From the IMG/VR virus record IMGVR_UViG_3300049054_000009, positions 1-55,401 of that record: a stretch of DNA of 55,401 nt; one strand, written 5' to 3'. The stretch's first letter is position 1, and every line of letters starts with the position of its first letter. The position numbers were made by a program, and so were the translations under genes. Source of the DNA: a virus. Positions 37,138 through 45,608 of the stretch are shown here, in pieces. The notes beneath the pieces were generated by a model. The model saw nothing but the letters and a program-made list of their open reading frames with translations, made no database searches and was not told the DNA's origin.

Positions 37138-38091
37138 TTAAAAAGGGTCACCATCTGCCACTACACCAGCTTCTACTGGTTCTTCTGCACCACCTGTATG
37201 GGTGGGCATATCATCAAGGCTTTCACTGGTTACATCTTTTTCAGCATAACCCTGTTCTATGGCATCATCAGCATCTAAAGCCATTTGAAAAGGCACACGT
37301 AATTCACGCACCTGCTTAGTTTCTTCTGCTGACAATTTACGCACCATCTTAGGCACTATCTGGCTGTAATCCTTAGCAGCCTTGATTTTGACCAGACTAA
37401 GCCCGGTAATGACACCTAAGTAGCTAAGTCTGCTACTTGCCAGCCGTTTGAAGTAGTCTTTAATGGGTGTGATGCTGGTAGCTGGCACACGGATAAGAAC
37501 AGGCAACACAGAATCTACAGGCAAGAAAAGAATAAATCTTTTATCTTGACAAGCCTTTCCACCACCCTGTGGTGCAGAACCAAAAACATTATGTGGACAA
37601 GTGGCACATAAAAAGCCACGCTTACCACCACTGTCTGGCACTAACACTTCACGTGCATAGGCATTAGCCTTGCCATCAGCCACTAACTGTTCTTCTTTCT
37701 GGTTCAAGTGCTTATTAGGGTTACCAATACCATGCACCATATCATTACTTTTACAGTCTGGCTGTTCTTTGCCACCACTTTCTGCATAGGATTTAACCCA
37801 CCAGCTTTTTTTATCAGCCCATGCAATAATGATGCCTTGCAGTTCCTTAGTTTCTACTTCACCTTCTTCTGCTGCTGACATGACTGACCATGAAGTAGCA
37901 CCACCAGAAGGTATTTTAACCTTATCTAAGTCTGCCAGTGTAAGCTGGCTACCACCAAAGTTTTCTTCTATAATTTGGGTAAATTCAGCAGCACCATCAG
38001 AAGATAATGCCAGCACATCACTTTGCTTTACTTCTAAAGCAGTTTGTTCACCAGTGCCTTCACCAGCACCTAATTCTTTTTTATTTGCCAT
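37138..38091 (-). CDS. Hypothetical replication-module protein with a Cys cluster
   Basis: 317 aa with C..x..CATCPHN...GGGKAC. No family recognised. Confidence 0.55.
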   Translation of the reverse strand: MANKKELGAGEGTGEQTALEVKQSDVLALSSDGAAEFTQIIEENFGGSQLTLADLDKVKIPSGGATSWSVMSAAEEGEVETKELQGIIIAWADKKSWWVKSYAESGGKEQPDCKSNDMVHGIGNPNKHLNQKEEQLVADGKANAYAREVLVPDSGGKRGFLCATCPHNVFGSAPQGGGKACQDKRFILFLPVDSVLPVLIRVPATSITPIKDYFKRLASSRLSYLGVITGLSLVKIKAAKDYSQIVPKMVRKLSAEETKQVRELRVPFQMALDADDAIEQGYAEKDVTSESLDDMPTHTGGAEEPVEAGVVADGDPF

Positions 38092-38117
38092 TTTATTTGT
38101 TCCTATGTAAATGTGTT

Positions 38118-38140
38118 CATGTGTGCATGTGTCACATGTG
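38118..38140. promoter_or_regulatory. Three direct CATGTG repeats; the last lies inside the 10-bp palindrome TCACATGTGA
   Basis: Copies at 38118, 38126 and 38135, in the 55-bp spacer between the HTH gene and 37138..38091. Confidence 0.4.
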
Positions 38141-38146
38141 ATTAAG

Positions 38147-38482
38147 TTAAACAGCTACAGGCTGCACATCTGCTGGCTTTGCATTAAGCCATGCTTGCCA
38201 GTCATCATATAAGGCAGTAGCACCACCTTCATATTCCATTAATTTAGCCAGTTCAATGATATTTTGAAACTTAGGCATAAACTTGCCATTTTCCCATAAA
38301 CTAACAGCCATACGTGAAGTGCCTATGCTTTCTGCTACATCTTCTTGTGGCATGGGTGGCTTGATGTTTTCAATATCCACAGGATTAGGCAGGGCTTGTG
38401 ATGCGTTATTACGCCAAACTAACAAAGGGTTAGCTGCTAGCCAGTCATCTGTGGTTAAAAAAGTTAAAGTTTTTGTATCCAT
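38147..38482 (-). CDS. XRE-family HTH transcriptional regulator
   Basis: VAESIGTSRMAVSLWENGKFMPKFQNIIELAKLM. Confidence 0.75.
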   Translation of the reverse strand: MDTKTLTFLTTDDWLAANPLLVWRNNASQALPNPVDIENIKPPMPQEDVAESIGTSRMAVSLWENGKFMPKFQNIIELAKLMEYEGGATALYDDWQAWLNAKPADVQPVAV

Positions 38483-38490
38483 ATAATTTT

Positions 38491-38530
38491 GGGAAAAAGG
38501 GCAAAATCATTAAAACACAGTCTTGCCCTT
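38491..38530 (-). terminator. Hairpin (terminator or attenuator) between the SNF2 and HTH genes
   Basis: Stem aagggcaa (38497-38504) pairs with ttgccctt (38523-38530), 18-nt loop, then TTTTCCC on the minus strand. It is only 9 nt before the HTH ATG, so its role is unclear. Confidence 0.4.
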
Positions 38531-38539
38531 TTGTAAAGT

Positions 38540-40192
38540 TTAGTTTACACCTTTTGCTAAAGCCTTCAATTTATTTTCTAAAAATTTAATCACATCTTCT
38601 TTATTTTGAAGGGCTTGCACTATATCTTCATCTACAGTATTTTCAGCTACAATATAGATATTAAGCACACTGTTCTTTTGTCCGGGTCTGTCTAATCTGC
38701 CTAAAGATTGCACATATTCTATCAAGCTATGCCCGGTGCTGTAGTAGATACCTATATGGGCTACTTCTTGCAGACCATCTACACCCGTGCCACCTGCATT
38801 AATCTGGCAGCCTAAAAGGTTTATCTTGCCTGCCTTAAAATCTTCTTGCTGGTCAATAGCACCAGAAATTTCACCATAGGTATAGCCAAGTTTAGTAGCT
38901 AGTGCTTTGATGCCACGTAAATCTTCTGTGAACCGGGCATAGACCACCACAGGTGTGTGCTGTGGTATGTTTTCCATATCAGGCAGGTCATTTAGAATAT
39001 CTTCTAAGGTATCTAGCTTACTGGTATCTATTCTGATAACTTCATCAGTGTCATCTATCTTAGTAAAGCCACATGCCATCTGCTGTGCTTTCAGCAGCTT
39101 CACTAAGATGTTATCAGCACTTACTACACCTTCATCAAGGCTTACAAAGGCATCACGCCAAAAGGTGTTATACATTTTCTGCAAGCTGCTATCTAAGGTG
39201 CAGTAATAGGTTTTATGTCTGGCAGGTATCAGATTAAGCACAGCCTTATCTACCTGAAAGATGTAAGGTGCTACTTTCTGCATCATTTTATCTTGATTTT
39301 TATAACCCAAAATTTCACGGTTATTAACACCACCCATGTAGCAGTATTCATCTTTGAATTTAGCAAAGCTAGTGCCATATACAGCAGGGTCAATAAAGCG
39401 CATCTGTGCATAAATATCTACTGGCTTGTCACCAAAGAAGGTAGCAGTAAGTGCAGCTACACAAGCTACCTTTTTACGTAAGGTCTTTAAGAACATGCTA
39501 GCCTTGCTGCCAGCAGCCTTAGCCACATGGCTTTCATCAGCTATCAGTAAATCTACTGGCTGTTTCAAAATCCATGACTTAAACGGGTCACGCCAAATAC
39601 TTTGATAGTTAGTGACCAGCATAATGGGCTTACTGGTATCTTTGGCTGCTTCTGCTGCCAGCTTCATATTCTTAGCTACACTGCCAGTATCAAGCTGCAC
39701 TACATTTATCTGACCGGGTGCAAAGGTCTGCACTGATTTTTTCCAGACTGACACAGCTTTCTTTTTAGTAACCACCAGAATGAACTGGTGACCACGTAAC
39801 AAACTTAAATCTACATTTAGCTTAGTCTTGCCTGTGCCAGTGGGCATATTGAAAATAACAGCAGGCTGATTTTCAGCAAATTTCAGTGCTTCACCTTGAT
39901 GATGCCATGCTACACAAGTAGCATCACAGGCATGTTTCTTGACCTGCTGTGCTTCATCTTGCTTTACCATGAAGTCATACAAAGCATAAAAACCTTTATC
40001 ACCAGCTAAGTCTGCATCAGCTTCTTTACACATTTCATATAAATTTCTGATAGCACCTACAGTAGCAGGCATTACATAAGACTTGCTAGCCTTATGCCAC
40101 CGGGTGGCTGGCAGTTCTTTAAGCTGTTCTTTTACAGCCCACGTGTCACCAGACACAAACAAGTTACCATTAATAGTTTTGATGTTAAGCAT
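38540..40192 (-). CDS. SNF2-family (SF2) helicase/ATPase
   Basis: MPTGTGKT (motif I), LLIADESH (II), ALTATF (III), GRLDRPGQ (VI). Confidence 0.85.
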   Translation of the reverse strand: MLNIKTINGNLFVSGDTWAVKEQLKELPATRWHKASKSYVMPATVGAIRNLYEMCKEADADLAGDKGFYALYDFMVKQDEAQQVKKHACDATCVAWHHQGEALKFAENQPAVIFNMPTGTGKTKLNVDLSLLRGHQFILVVTKKKAVSVWKKSVQTFAPGQINVVQLDTGSVAKNMKLAAEAAKDTSKPIMLVTNYQSIWRDPFKSWILKQPVDLLIADESHVAKAAGSKASMFLKTLRKKVACVAALTATFFGDKPVDIYAQMRFIDPAVYGTSFAKFKDEYCYMGGVNNREILGYKNQDKMMQKVAPYIFQVDKAVLNLIPARHKTYYCTLDSSLQKMYNTFWRDAFVSLDEGVVSADNILVKLLKAQQMACGFTKIDDTDEVIRIDTSKLDTLEDILNDLPDMENIPQHTPVVVYARFTEDLRGIKALATKLGYTYGEISGAIDQQEDFKAGKINLLGCQINAGGTGVDGLQEVAHIGIYYSTGHSLIEYVQSLGRLDRPGQKNSVLNIYIVAENTVDEDIVQALQNKEDVIKFLENKLKALAKGVN

Positions 40193-40451
40193 AGTTTTCT
40201 ACCTTATAAGAATGATAATTAGGTGCATTGAATCTTCTAAGCCATTTGCACTGTGCTGACCTTAATGCAGCTTGTGCATCACGTGCAGCAGTAAAGCTGG
40301 TAAAGATTTTACCATTAGCTTGACATGAAATTTTATACACTGTTAAGCCATCACGGTCTGCTATCCATTCAGCCCGGTCTAAGTCAGACATAGCAGCTAT
40401 AACCTTTTTAGCTTCTGCTGCTGGTAATTTTAATAGGTCTGCATGTTTCAT
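40185..40451 (-). CDS. Hypothetical protein
   Basis: ORF-track start 40535 is a TTG lying inside palindromic motif copy 3. The first ATG (MKHADLL) is at 40451. Confidence 0.45.
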   Translation of the reverse strand: MKHADLLKLPAAEAKKVIAAMSDLDRAEWIADRDGLTVYKISCQANGKIFTSFTAARDAQAALRSAQCKWLRRFNAPNYHSYKVENYA

Positions 40452-40505
40452 AATATTAAAAGCACAAAGGGTGCTACTAGAAGATAGTAACACCCTTTTT
40501 AATTC

Positions 40506-40525
40506 TTGTAAAGGAAACTTTACAA
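40506..40525. promoter_or_regulatory. Palindromic promoter/operator motif TTGTAAAG-GAAA-CTTTACAA (copy 3)
   Basis: Identical 20-mer. On the minus strand TTTACA - 17 nt - TACTAT follows. Confidence 0.6.
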
Positions 40526-40541
40526 AATTATTCAATTATTT

Positions 40542-40871
40542 TTAGGCAGCCGTTTTACCTTTCTTCTGTTTTGAAGGTGGCACGGGCTTGCCTGCATTAC
40601 GTTCGCGGGCTGCTGCCACAGACAAAGCATAGATTTTTTTGGCACTGTCAGCTTGTAACTGCACTTTTCTGATGAAGTTACTGATAGTGTTTCTTTCTTC
40701 TTCTGTAGAAGTCAGCAAAGTGATAGCTGTGTTTTTCTTATCACGGCTGGTGGCTGCAAGACTGTCAGCAAGTTTGACTACTGATTTTAATTCAGCATCT
40801 GCATCAGTGCTGGTGACCGGGCTGGTGTTTTCTACTGCATTAGTAGCTTCTGTATTTTCTACTGGTGACAT
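40542..40871 (-). CDS. Hypothetical protein
   Basis: Start moved to MSPVENTE at 40871, preceded by AAAGGAAAATTAAAAAT. The alternative start at 40973 is ATGA-coupled to the upstream gene. Confidence 0.5.
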   Translation of the reverse strand: MSPVENTEATNAVENTSPVTSTDADAELKSVVKLADSLAATSRDKKNTAITLLTSTEEERNTISNFIRKVQLQADSAKKIYALSVAAARERNAGKPVPPSKQKKGKTAA

Positions 40872-40969
40872 ATTTTTAATTTTCCTTTTAGTTTTATTTG
40901 CCAGTCTGGTGGCTGGCTGGTTTAAGTTATAAGCCACCACCGGGTGGCTTGTCAAGGGTAAATGACTAA

Positions 40970-42085
40970 TCATTTATGTTTTTCACAAAAACTTTCACCA
41001 TCTTCTGCTTTATTGTAGCAGTTATCTGCTTCACAATATAATAAATCTTCACAGGTGGCACAATAACTACCATCTTCTTCTGCTTCATTTTCACAATTTA
41101 AGTTTTCACAGTAGGTGGTATAATCAGTGGTGTCATCTGCATCTTCATCACTAGCTGGTGCTTTATAATCAGGGTAATTTTCATCTAAGAAAATTCTAAT
41201 ATCATCATACTTGTCATGTATCTGGTGCAGTTTGGCTATATCGTAATTTTCTTGTGCTACAGCAGCCTGCCATAGTTTATCATCACGGTAAGAAAGCACT
41301 GTATCAGTTACAAGCTGGTTTAAGGTCTGTGGGTCAAGTGCATCTAATTCCCATGACATGTCACCATATTTAGCCTGATATTCTTTGAATCTACTATCTA
41401 GCACTTTGGCATAATTTGGTGGTGGGTTATATCTTTCAATTTGTGGCATATTAAGTGCCATACGCTTAACTTCTACACCACCCATGAATAAAGATAAACG
41501 GTCAAAAATATCACGGGTCATATCTAAGCCACTAGGGTCATGGTCACCATGATGTAAAATTAAGGGTGTTTGACCGTTCTTTTTGTAACTAAGCAGCCTG
41601 TTAGCTGCCACATACATTTCAGAAACACTGGTGTAGCCCTTACAAGCAAAGAAGTCTATGCCTAGCTGATTACATGACCGGGCAAATACACCTTCTAGTG
41701 CTTCTTTTTCTATCCACACTTCAATTTTGTATTTTTGCTTAAATCTAGGGTCAGACCATTTATCAAGATGGTAGCCATAAGGCACTAAACTAAGTCTATC
41801 TTTAGGGCTTTCATAAGTAGCCAGCCCTTTCAAATTTCTACCCCTATCTACTAGGTGTGACCAGTCAATATAGCCAGCTAACCGGGCATCATTCATTAAG
41901 CTGCCTAAGTTATCATAGCTTTCTTTTTTATTTTCAATTTCATCAGCACTGACTAGCTGATAGTAAAGCTGCCTTAAAGTCATATCATAGCCTTGCTGGT
42001 GATACCTTTGTAAAATCTTTTCACATTTGTCAATTAAGACTAGGCTGGCATGCCTAAAGTTTTTCTGTATATACGCTTTTTTCAT
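40970..42085 (-). CDS. Stand-alone Spo11/Topoisomerase VI-A-like protein (5Y-CAP winged helix plus Toprim) with an acidic Cys-rich tail
   Basis: TLRQLYYQLVS (catalytic-Tyr motif), EVWIEKEA (Toprim Glu), HHGDHDPSGLDM (Toprim DxD). The C-terminal 60 aa carry ~10 Cys. Confidence 0.7.
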   Translation of the reverse strand: MKKAYIQKNFRHASLVLIDKCEKILQRYHQQGYDMTLRQLYYQLVSADEIENKKESYDNLGSLMNDARLAGYIDWSHLVDRGRNLKGLATYESPKDRLSLVPYGYHLDKWSDPRFKQKYKIEVWIEKEALEGVFARSCNQLGIDFFACKGYTSVSEMYVAANRLLSYKKNGQTPLILHHGDHDPSGLDMTRDIFDRLSLFMGGVEVKRMALNMPQIERYNPPPNYAKVLDSRFKEYQAKYGDMSWELDALDPQTLNQLVTDTVLSYRDDKLWQAAVAQENYDIAKLHQIHDKYDDIRIFLDENYPDYKAPASDEDADDTTDYTTYCENLNCENEAEEDGSYCATCEDLLYCEADNCYNKAEDGESFCEKHK

Positions 42086-42117
42086 TTTGTTTTTAATGGG
42101 TGGTAGCTGCCACCCGG

Positions 42118-42348
42118 TCAGAATTTGATAGAACCATTTGTAACCATAAACAAGATTACATCAGTTAAACGGGCAAGCTGCTGTGCAGTATGGTCAGCAT
42201 GCACACCATATTCTATCTTAGCAGCTATGTCTTGCAGTTCTGCTACTACATTTCTGCCAGTCAGAATACTTTTTGCATCTATCAGACCTACAGACTTTTC
42301 AGCCTGTAGGTTCTTTACTTCTTGTGGTGTGGGTGTAAATTGTTTCAT
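42118..42348 (-). CDS. Hypothetical protein
   Basis: 76-aa ORF; ATGA-type overlap with the upstream gene. Confidence 0.5.
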   Translation of the reverse strand: MKQFTPTPQEVKNLQAEKSVGLIDAKSILTGRNVVAELQDIAAKIEYGVHADHTAQQLARLTDVILFMVTNGSIKF

Positions 42349-43073
42349 ATACGCATGCCACCTATCTTTTCAGAATCACCCTTTTCTGGTTTGCTGTAAA
42401 GGGCATTATCTTGTTCTTTACGTTCTGCTGCTGCTTCACCTACAGTGGTGTCAGTATTGCCAGCTACCTTTGCATTAGGGTCAGCAGTTACCACTGGTTC
42501 ATCACTGGTCAGTTCTGCTATCTTTTCTACTGACATGCTGGCACGTAACTTATCAGCAAAGCTGCTGCCAGCTTCTGACATGCTACAGCCTACTGGTTCT
42601 TCACCTATCACGCTGCTTACCAGTTCTGGCTTTAGTTCTATGGCATCAGTAGTATCTTCTTGTGTCACAAGCTGTGCCACCATACGCATCTTAGCTGCTG
42701 CTTCTGTTCTACTGCCTAGCAAGAAGTGTTCATACTGCAAGGTCAGCAAGGTGATATTATTTTGTAAGTCAAGTATGCTGGCATGAATCTTAGCCCGGTT
42801 AATTTCACAAGTCTTAATATATTCATTTGCCTGTATTAAATCAGGGTTATTAATTCTGGCAAGGTGCTTTTGTTCATTACGCACTTTGTCATTCTTAAAC
42901 CGTTCATCTGACCAGATAGCCAGCACTATGGCATCTTCTACCCGTTTAGCATCTTCACGGGCTGTAGCTATGTCATGTTTAGCAGTAATAGCTGCTACCA
43001 TCTGGCTAGCCAGTAATTCACGGGCTTGCATAATCAGTTCTAGTGTCTTACTAGATTCTGTAATATTTGGCAT
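42345..43073 (-). CDS. Hypothetical coiled-coil protein (first early gene)
   Basis: 242-aa ORF with AAAGGAAAATAAACAAA before the ATG. Confidence 0.6.
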   Translation of the reverse strand: MPNITESSKTLELIMQARELLASQMVAAITAKHDIATAREDAKRVEDAIVLAIWSDERFKNDKVRNEQKHLARINNPDLIQANEYIKTCEINRAKIHASILDLQNNITLLTLQYEHFLLGSRTEAAAKMRMVAQLVTQEDTTDAIELKPELVSSVIGEEPVGCSMSEAGSSFADKLRASMSVEKIAELTSDEPVVTADPNAKVAGNTDTTVGEAAAERKEQDNALYSKPEKGDSEKIGGMRI

Positions 43074-43210
43074 TTTGTTTATTTTCCTTTAGTTAGATTA
43101 CAGCACTACAAAAACTATAATCATAGATAACAGAAAACCTAAAAAAGTGGCTGACAGTGCTAAAAATAAATAGTGTTTCATAGTGGTGCTGGTAATTACT
43201 ACCATACCTA

Positions 43211-43239
43211 AAGATACCATCTTGCTGGTTATCTGTCAA
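43211..43239 (-). promoter_or_regulatory. Sigma70-type early promoter
   Basis: Minus strand: TTGACA (43239-43234) - 17 nt - TATCTT (43216-43211), preceded by ATATTGTAAAATAAAC. Confidence 0.6.
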
Positions 43240-43285
43240 GTTTATTTTACAATATGTCATCTTGCCAATTTTAGCACCAATAACA

Positions 43286-43315
43286 AAGGGCTGCCAGTGT
43301 TTGCTAGCAGCCCTT
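43286..43315 (-). terminator. Hairpin terminator closing the late arm
   Basis: 9-bp stem aagggctgc pairs with gcagccctt, 12-nt loop. The T-tract on the minus strand is weak (TTGTTATT). Confidence 0.5.
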
Positions 43316-43341
43316 TTGCCTATTCAGTTTTTAACTATGGG

Positions 43342-43605
43342 TCAGATAAAGCCACTTTTGTGGCTGGTCACCTTTCCATAATTTTCAAAGATTTTTTGTT
43401 TTTTCGCTTTTCGGATTTTTTGACCTTTTGCCCGGTCATGGCTTTTTTCAGTATATCTAAAATTTGCAGCTTCTGTGCTGCTGGTGACCTTGCCAGCTTT
43501 CACTGGTGCAGCCACACTAACCGGGCTTTTAGATGGTTCTGCTAAAGCAGAATATGAAAAACAGAACAGCACGGCAAGTGCAATAAATAAAATCGTTTTC
43601 TTCAT
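43342..43605 (-). CDS. Small secreted basic protein (Sec signal peptide)
   Basis: MKKTILFIALAVLFCFSYSALA/EP.. A candidate promoter lies upstream (TTGACG - 18 nt - TAGTTT) and a terminator downstream. Confidence 0.65.
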   Translation of the reverse strand: MKKTILFIALAVLFCFSYSALAEPSKSPVSVAAPVKAGKVTSSTEAANFRYTEKSHDRAKGQKIRKAKKQKIFENYGKVTSHKSGFI

Positions 43606-43681
43606 CTGGTTCTTTCCTTATGCTAGTATTTGGCAATATCACAGACAAACTACCACAGCTTCTGTGGATACGTCAAGATAA

Positions 43682-44131
43682 TTATTTGCTGGCAAAGATG
43701 GCAGCTATGATGCCTACAATGACACCAGCCAGACCTACATATACAGTTCTTCTGTTAGCTGCTGCCACCTTATCTTTCTGCCTTTGCACTTCTTTTTCAG
43801 CCCGGTCAAGTGCTGACCTTAGCTTAGTAGCAGCATCACGTTCTTCTTGCAGGGCTGCACGTATTTCTTTTACTTCTACCTTAGCTTCATCACGCTGCTG
43901 CACCAGATTATTAATTCTTTCTTTGTCCACAGCAGTGGCTGACTTAGCATCTGATATTTCTTTATCAAGGCTTTTGATGTGGGCTAAGGCTGCATCACGC
44001 TGCTGCACTAAGATAGCTTCACGGTCAAGGCTTTCACGTAATAGCTGCTTAGTTTCTATTAGCGTTAAAGGCTTGTTTTGCCCGGTTACTGGCATCACGT
44101 AACTGGTCATCATCAGTGCCAGCATTATCAT
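43682..44131 (-). CDS. Coiled-coil protein with hydrophobic N-terminus and C-terminal TM anchor
   Basis: The ORF is open from 44317. The likely start is among the Met cluster MIMLALMM (44131-44095). C-terminus is VYVGLAGVIVGIIAAIFASK. Overlaps the 3' end of 44049..44510 out of frame. Confidence 0.45.
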   Translation of the reverse strand: MIMLALMMTSYVMPVTGQNKPLTLIETKQLLRESLDREAILVQQRDAALAHIKSLDKEISDAKSATAVDKERINNLVQQRDEAKVEVKEIRAALQEERDAATKLRSALDRAEKEVQRQKDKVAAANRRTVYVGLAGVIVGIIAAIFASK

Positions 44132-44510
44132 TACGGTTAGGCAGCTTCTGGTTAAGTGTCTTATTAAGGTTTTCACGGGTGTTTCTGCTTTGCTGTTCAT
44201 CATCAGCCAGTATTTTTTGCTGGTTTGCTTGTTTCTGTATAATGGTGTTTTCATTTTGTTGTAGTTCCTTTTGTTTATTTGCTGATATGTTTGCATTAGC
44301 TTCATGCTGGTTAGCATTTACCTCACTGGCATTAGCAGCATTTTTATCTTTATTCTGCTGCCTTTGATAGTTATAGTTATGCAGCACATCTAAAACCTTG
44401 TGAATACCGTAAAAAAGCATAATAGCACCTAGTATGATTATTACGGCTGTAATTATTTTATGTTTATTTTGTGGGTTCTGTATCCACAGTAATATGCTGT
44501 TTTTGTCCAT
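44049..44510 (-). CDS. Type-II membrane protein (N-terminal TM, Q/N-rich ectodomain)
   Basis: TM segment IITAVIIILGAIMLFYG. The start is 44510 or 44537, and both overlap the upstream gene. Confidence 0.5.
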   Translation of the reverse strand: MDKNSILLWIQNPQNKHKIITAVIIILGAIMLFYGIHKVLDVLHNYNYQRQQNKDKNAANASEVNANQHEANANISANKQKELQQNENTIIQKQANQQKILADDEQQSRNTRENLNKTLNQKLPNRNDNAGTDDDQLRDASNRAKQAFNANRN

Positions 44511-45063
44511 CAGTATCACCTTTGCTTTCTGCTTCATTTTCCCATACAGGTAACATGAATTTTGTTAATTCTATTATGGTTACTTCTGGTATATCTAAGC
44601 CATTCAGAATCAAAATTCTTTGCATGCCTAGAATAAGATTCTGCTGTGCCATTATCTGATTAATAGCTTTGTGGTTTATCTGGCTAGCTTCTTTAATTTG
44701 TTCACGGTATCTAGTTTCTTTTTCAAAATGTTCTGCCTTAGCCCGGTCAGCTTGCAGCTTATACCATGCTTCTTTTTCATCTAGCAAGTCTTGCTGCTGC
44801 TTTTCTAGCCTTTCTTGTTTGGCAGCTTCAATTTTTAAGACTTCATCAGCAGTTTTGATAGTTTTATTTCTACCTTCTAGCCATTTATCTACATATTTGA
44901 CAGATATGGCAGCTAATGCACCAGCCAGCACAGAAGTAATGGCAGGGTGGTCAGTCATAGTATCTATGATAGCAGCACCTTCACCTGCCAAAAAAGCCAG
45001 CACTACTATAGCCACATTACTGATATGTGTGTAAAACAAATTAATCATATACTTAGTAGTCAT
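44464..45063 (-). CDS. Two-TM membrane protein with a long coiled-coil tail (holin-like candidate)
   Basis: N-terminal hydrophobic helices VAIVVLAFLAGEGAAII and ITSVLAGALAAISV. Confidence 0.45.
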   Translation of the reverse strand: MTTKYMINLFYTHISNVAIVVLAFLAGEGAAIIDTMTDHPAITSVLAGALAAISVKYVDKWLEGRNKTIKTADEVLKIEAAKQERLEKQQQDLLDEKEAWYKLQADRAKAEHFEKETRYREQIKEASQINHKAINQIMAQQNLILGMQRILILNGLDIPEVTIIELTKFMLPVWENEAESKGDTDGQKQHITVDTEPTK

Positions 45064-45105
45064 TTTTATACTGCTGGCTGTATATTAAATGAACATATTC
45101 AGGTG

Positions 45106-45134
45106 TTAATAGGATGTTACACAGAACGTGTAAA
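45106..45134 (-). promoter_or_regulatory. Candidate sigma70-type promoter
   Basis: Minus strand: TTTACA (45134-45129) - 17 nt - TATTAA (45111-45106), in the 104-bp gap upstream of 44464..45063. Confidence 0.4.
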
Positions 45135-45167
45135 GATACTGTATTTTATCACACCTTGCTATATCCA

Positions 45168-45605
45168 TCAAATATATTTAATACAGAAAAAAGCCCTAAA
45201 CGCATTAAAGGCAAAGACTAAATACATAGGCGCAGATAATGCCCGTGCATCACCAGCTATGACACCCATAAACAAAGTGAACCATATAGCACCTTTTACA
45301 AGCAAGATGTGCTTTCTAATCCACAGACTGTCTATGCAAATGAACTGCCATTCAAAACGTGCCTTATCAAAATATAAAGATAATAATTGAATGGTAGCTA
45401 TAATCATAAAAATTATAGCCCATGTTTTTTCAGTGCCTATGGCAGCCATGATTTTATACACGGCTGATACTTCAAAAGTTTCATTACACCATAGCCAGAT
45501 ACCTAGTAAAAGCATTAAGCTAGCACCCTGCACTTCTACTGCATGTCTGCCATCTACATACATACAGCAGATTTTCTTAAATATGCTGGTATTTTCTGCA
45601 CACAT
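45168..45605 (-). CDS. Polytopic membrane protein (about 4 TM)
   Basis: 145 aa, strongly hydrophobic, immediately after the transglycosylase gene. Confidence 0.55.
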   Translation of the reverse strand: MCAENTSIFKKICCMYVDGRHAVEVQGASLMLLLGIWLWCNETFEVSAVYKIMAAIGTEKTWAIIFMIIATIQLLSLYFDKARFEWQFICIDSLWIRKHILLVKGAIWFTLFMGVIAGDARALSAPMYLVFAFNAFRAFFCIKYI

Positions 45606-45608
45606 AAT

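Noticed and set aside
43098-43181. 27-aa hydrophobic ORF (MKHYLFLALSATFLGFLLSMIIVFVVL) in the early leader
   Set aside because: It is too short, lacks the consensus ribosome-binding region, and lies in a 5' leader where chance ORFs are expected. I noted it but did not call it as a gene.
18090-43340. Lysogeny module (integrase, excisionase, CI/Cro switch)
   Set aside because: I recognised no tyrosine or serine recombinase, transposase or partition genes. The XRE HTH, small HTH and RHH proteins alone do not establish a temperate lifestyle.
43682-44537. Rz/Rz1-type spanin pair suggested by the out-of-frame overlapping ORFs
   Set aside because: The overlapping ORF has no lipobox Cys after a signal peptide, and it carries a C-terminal TM instead. 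The architecture does not fit i-spanin/o-spanin.
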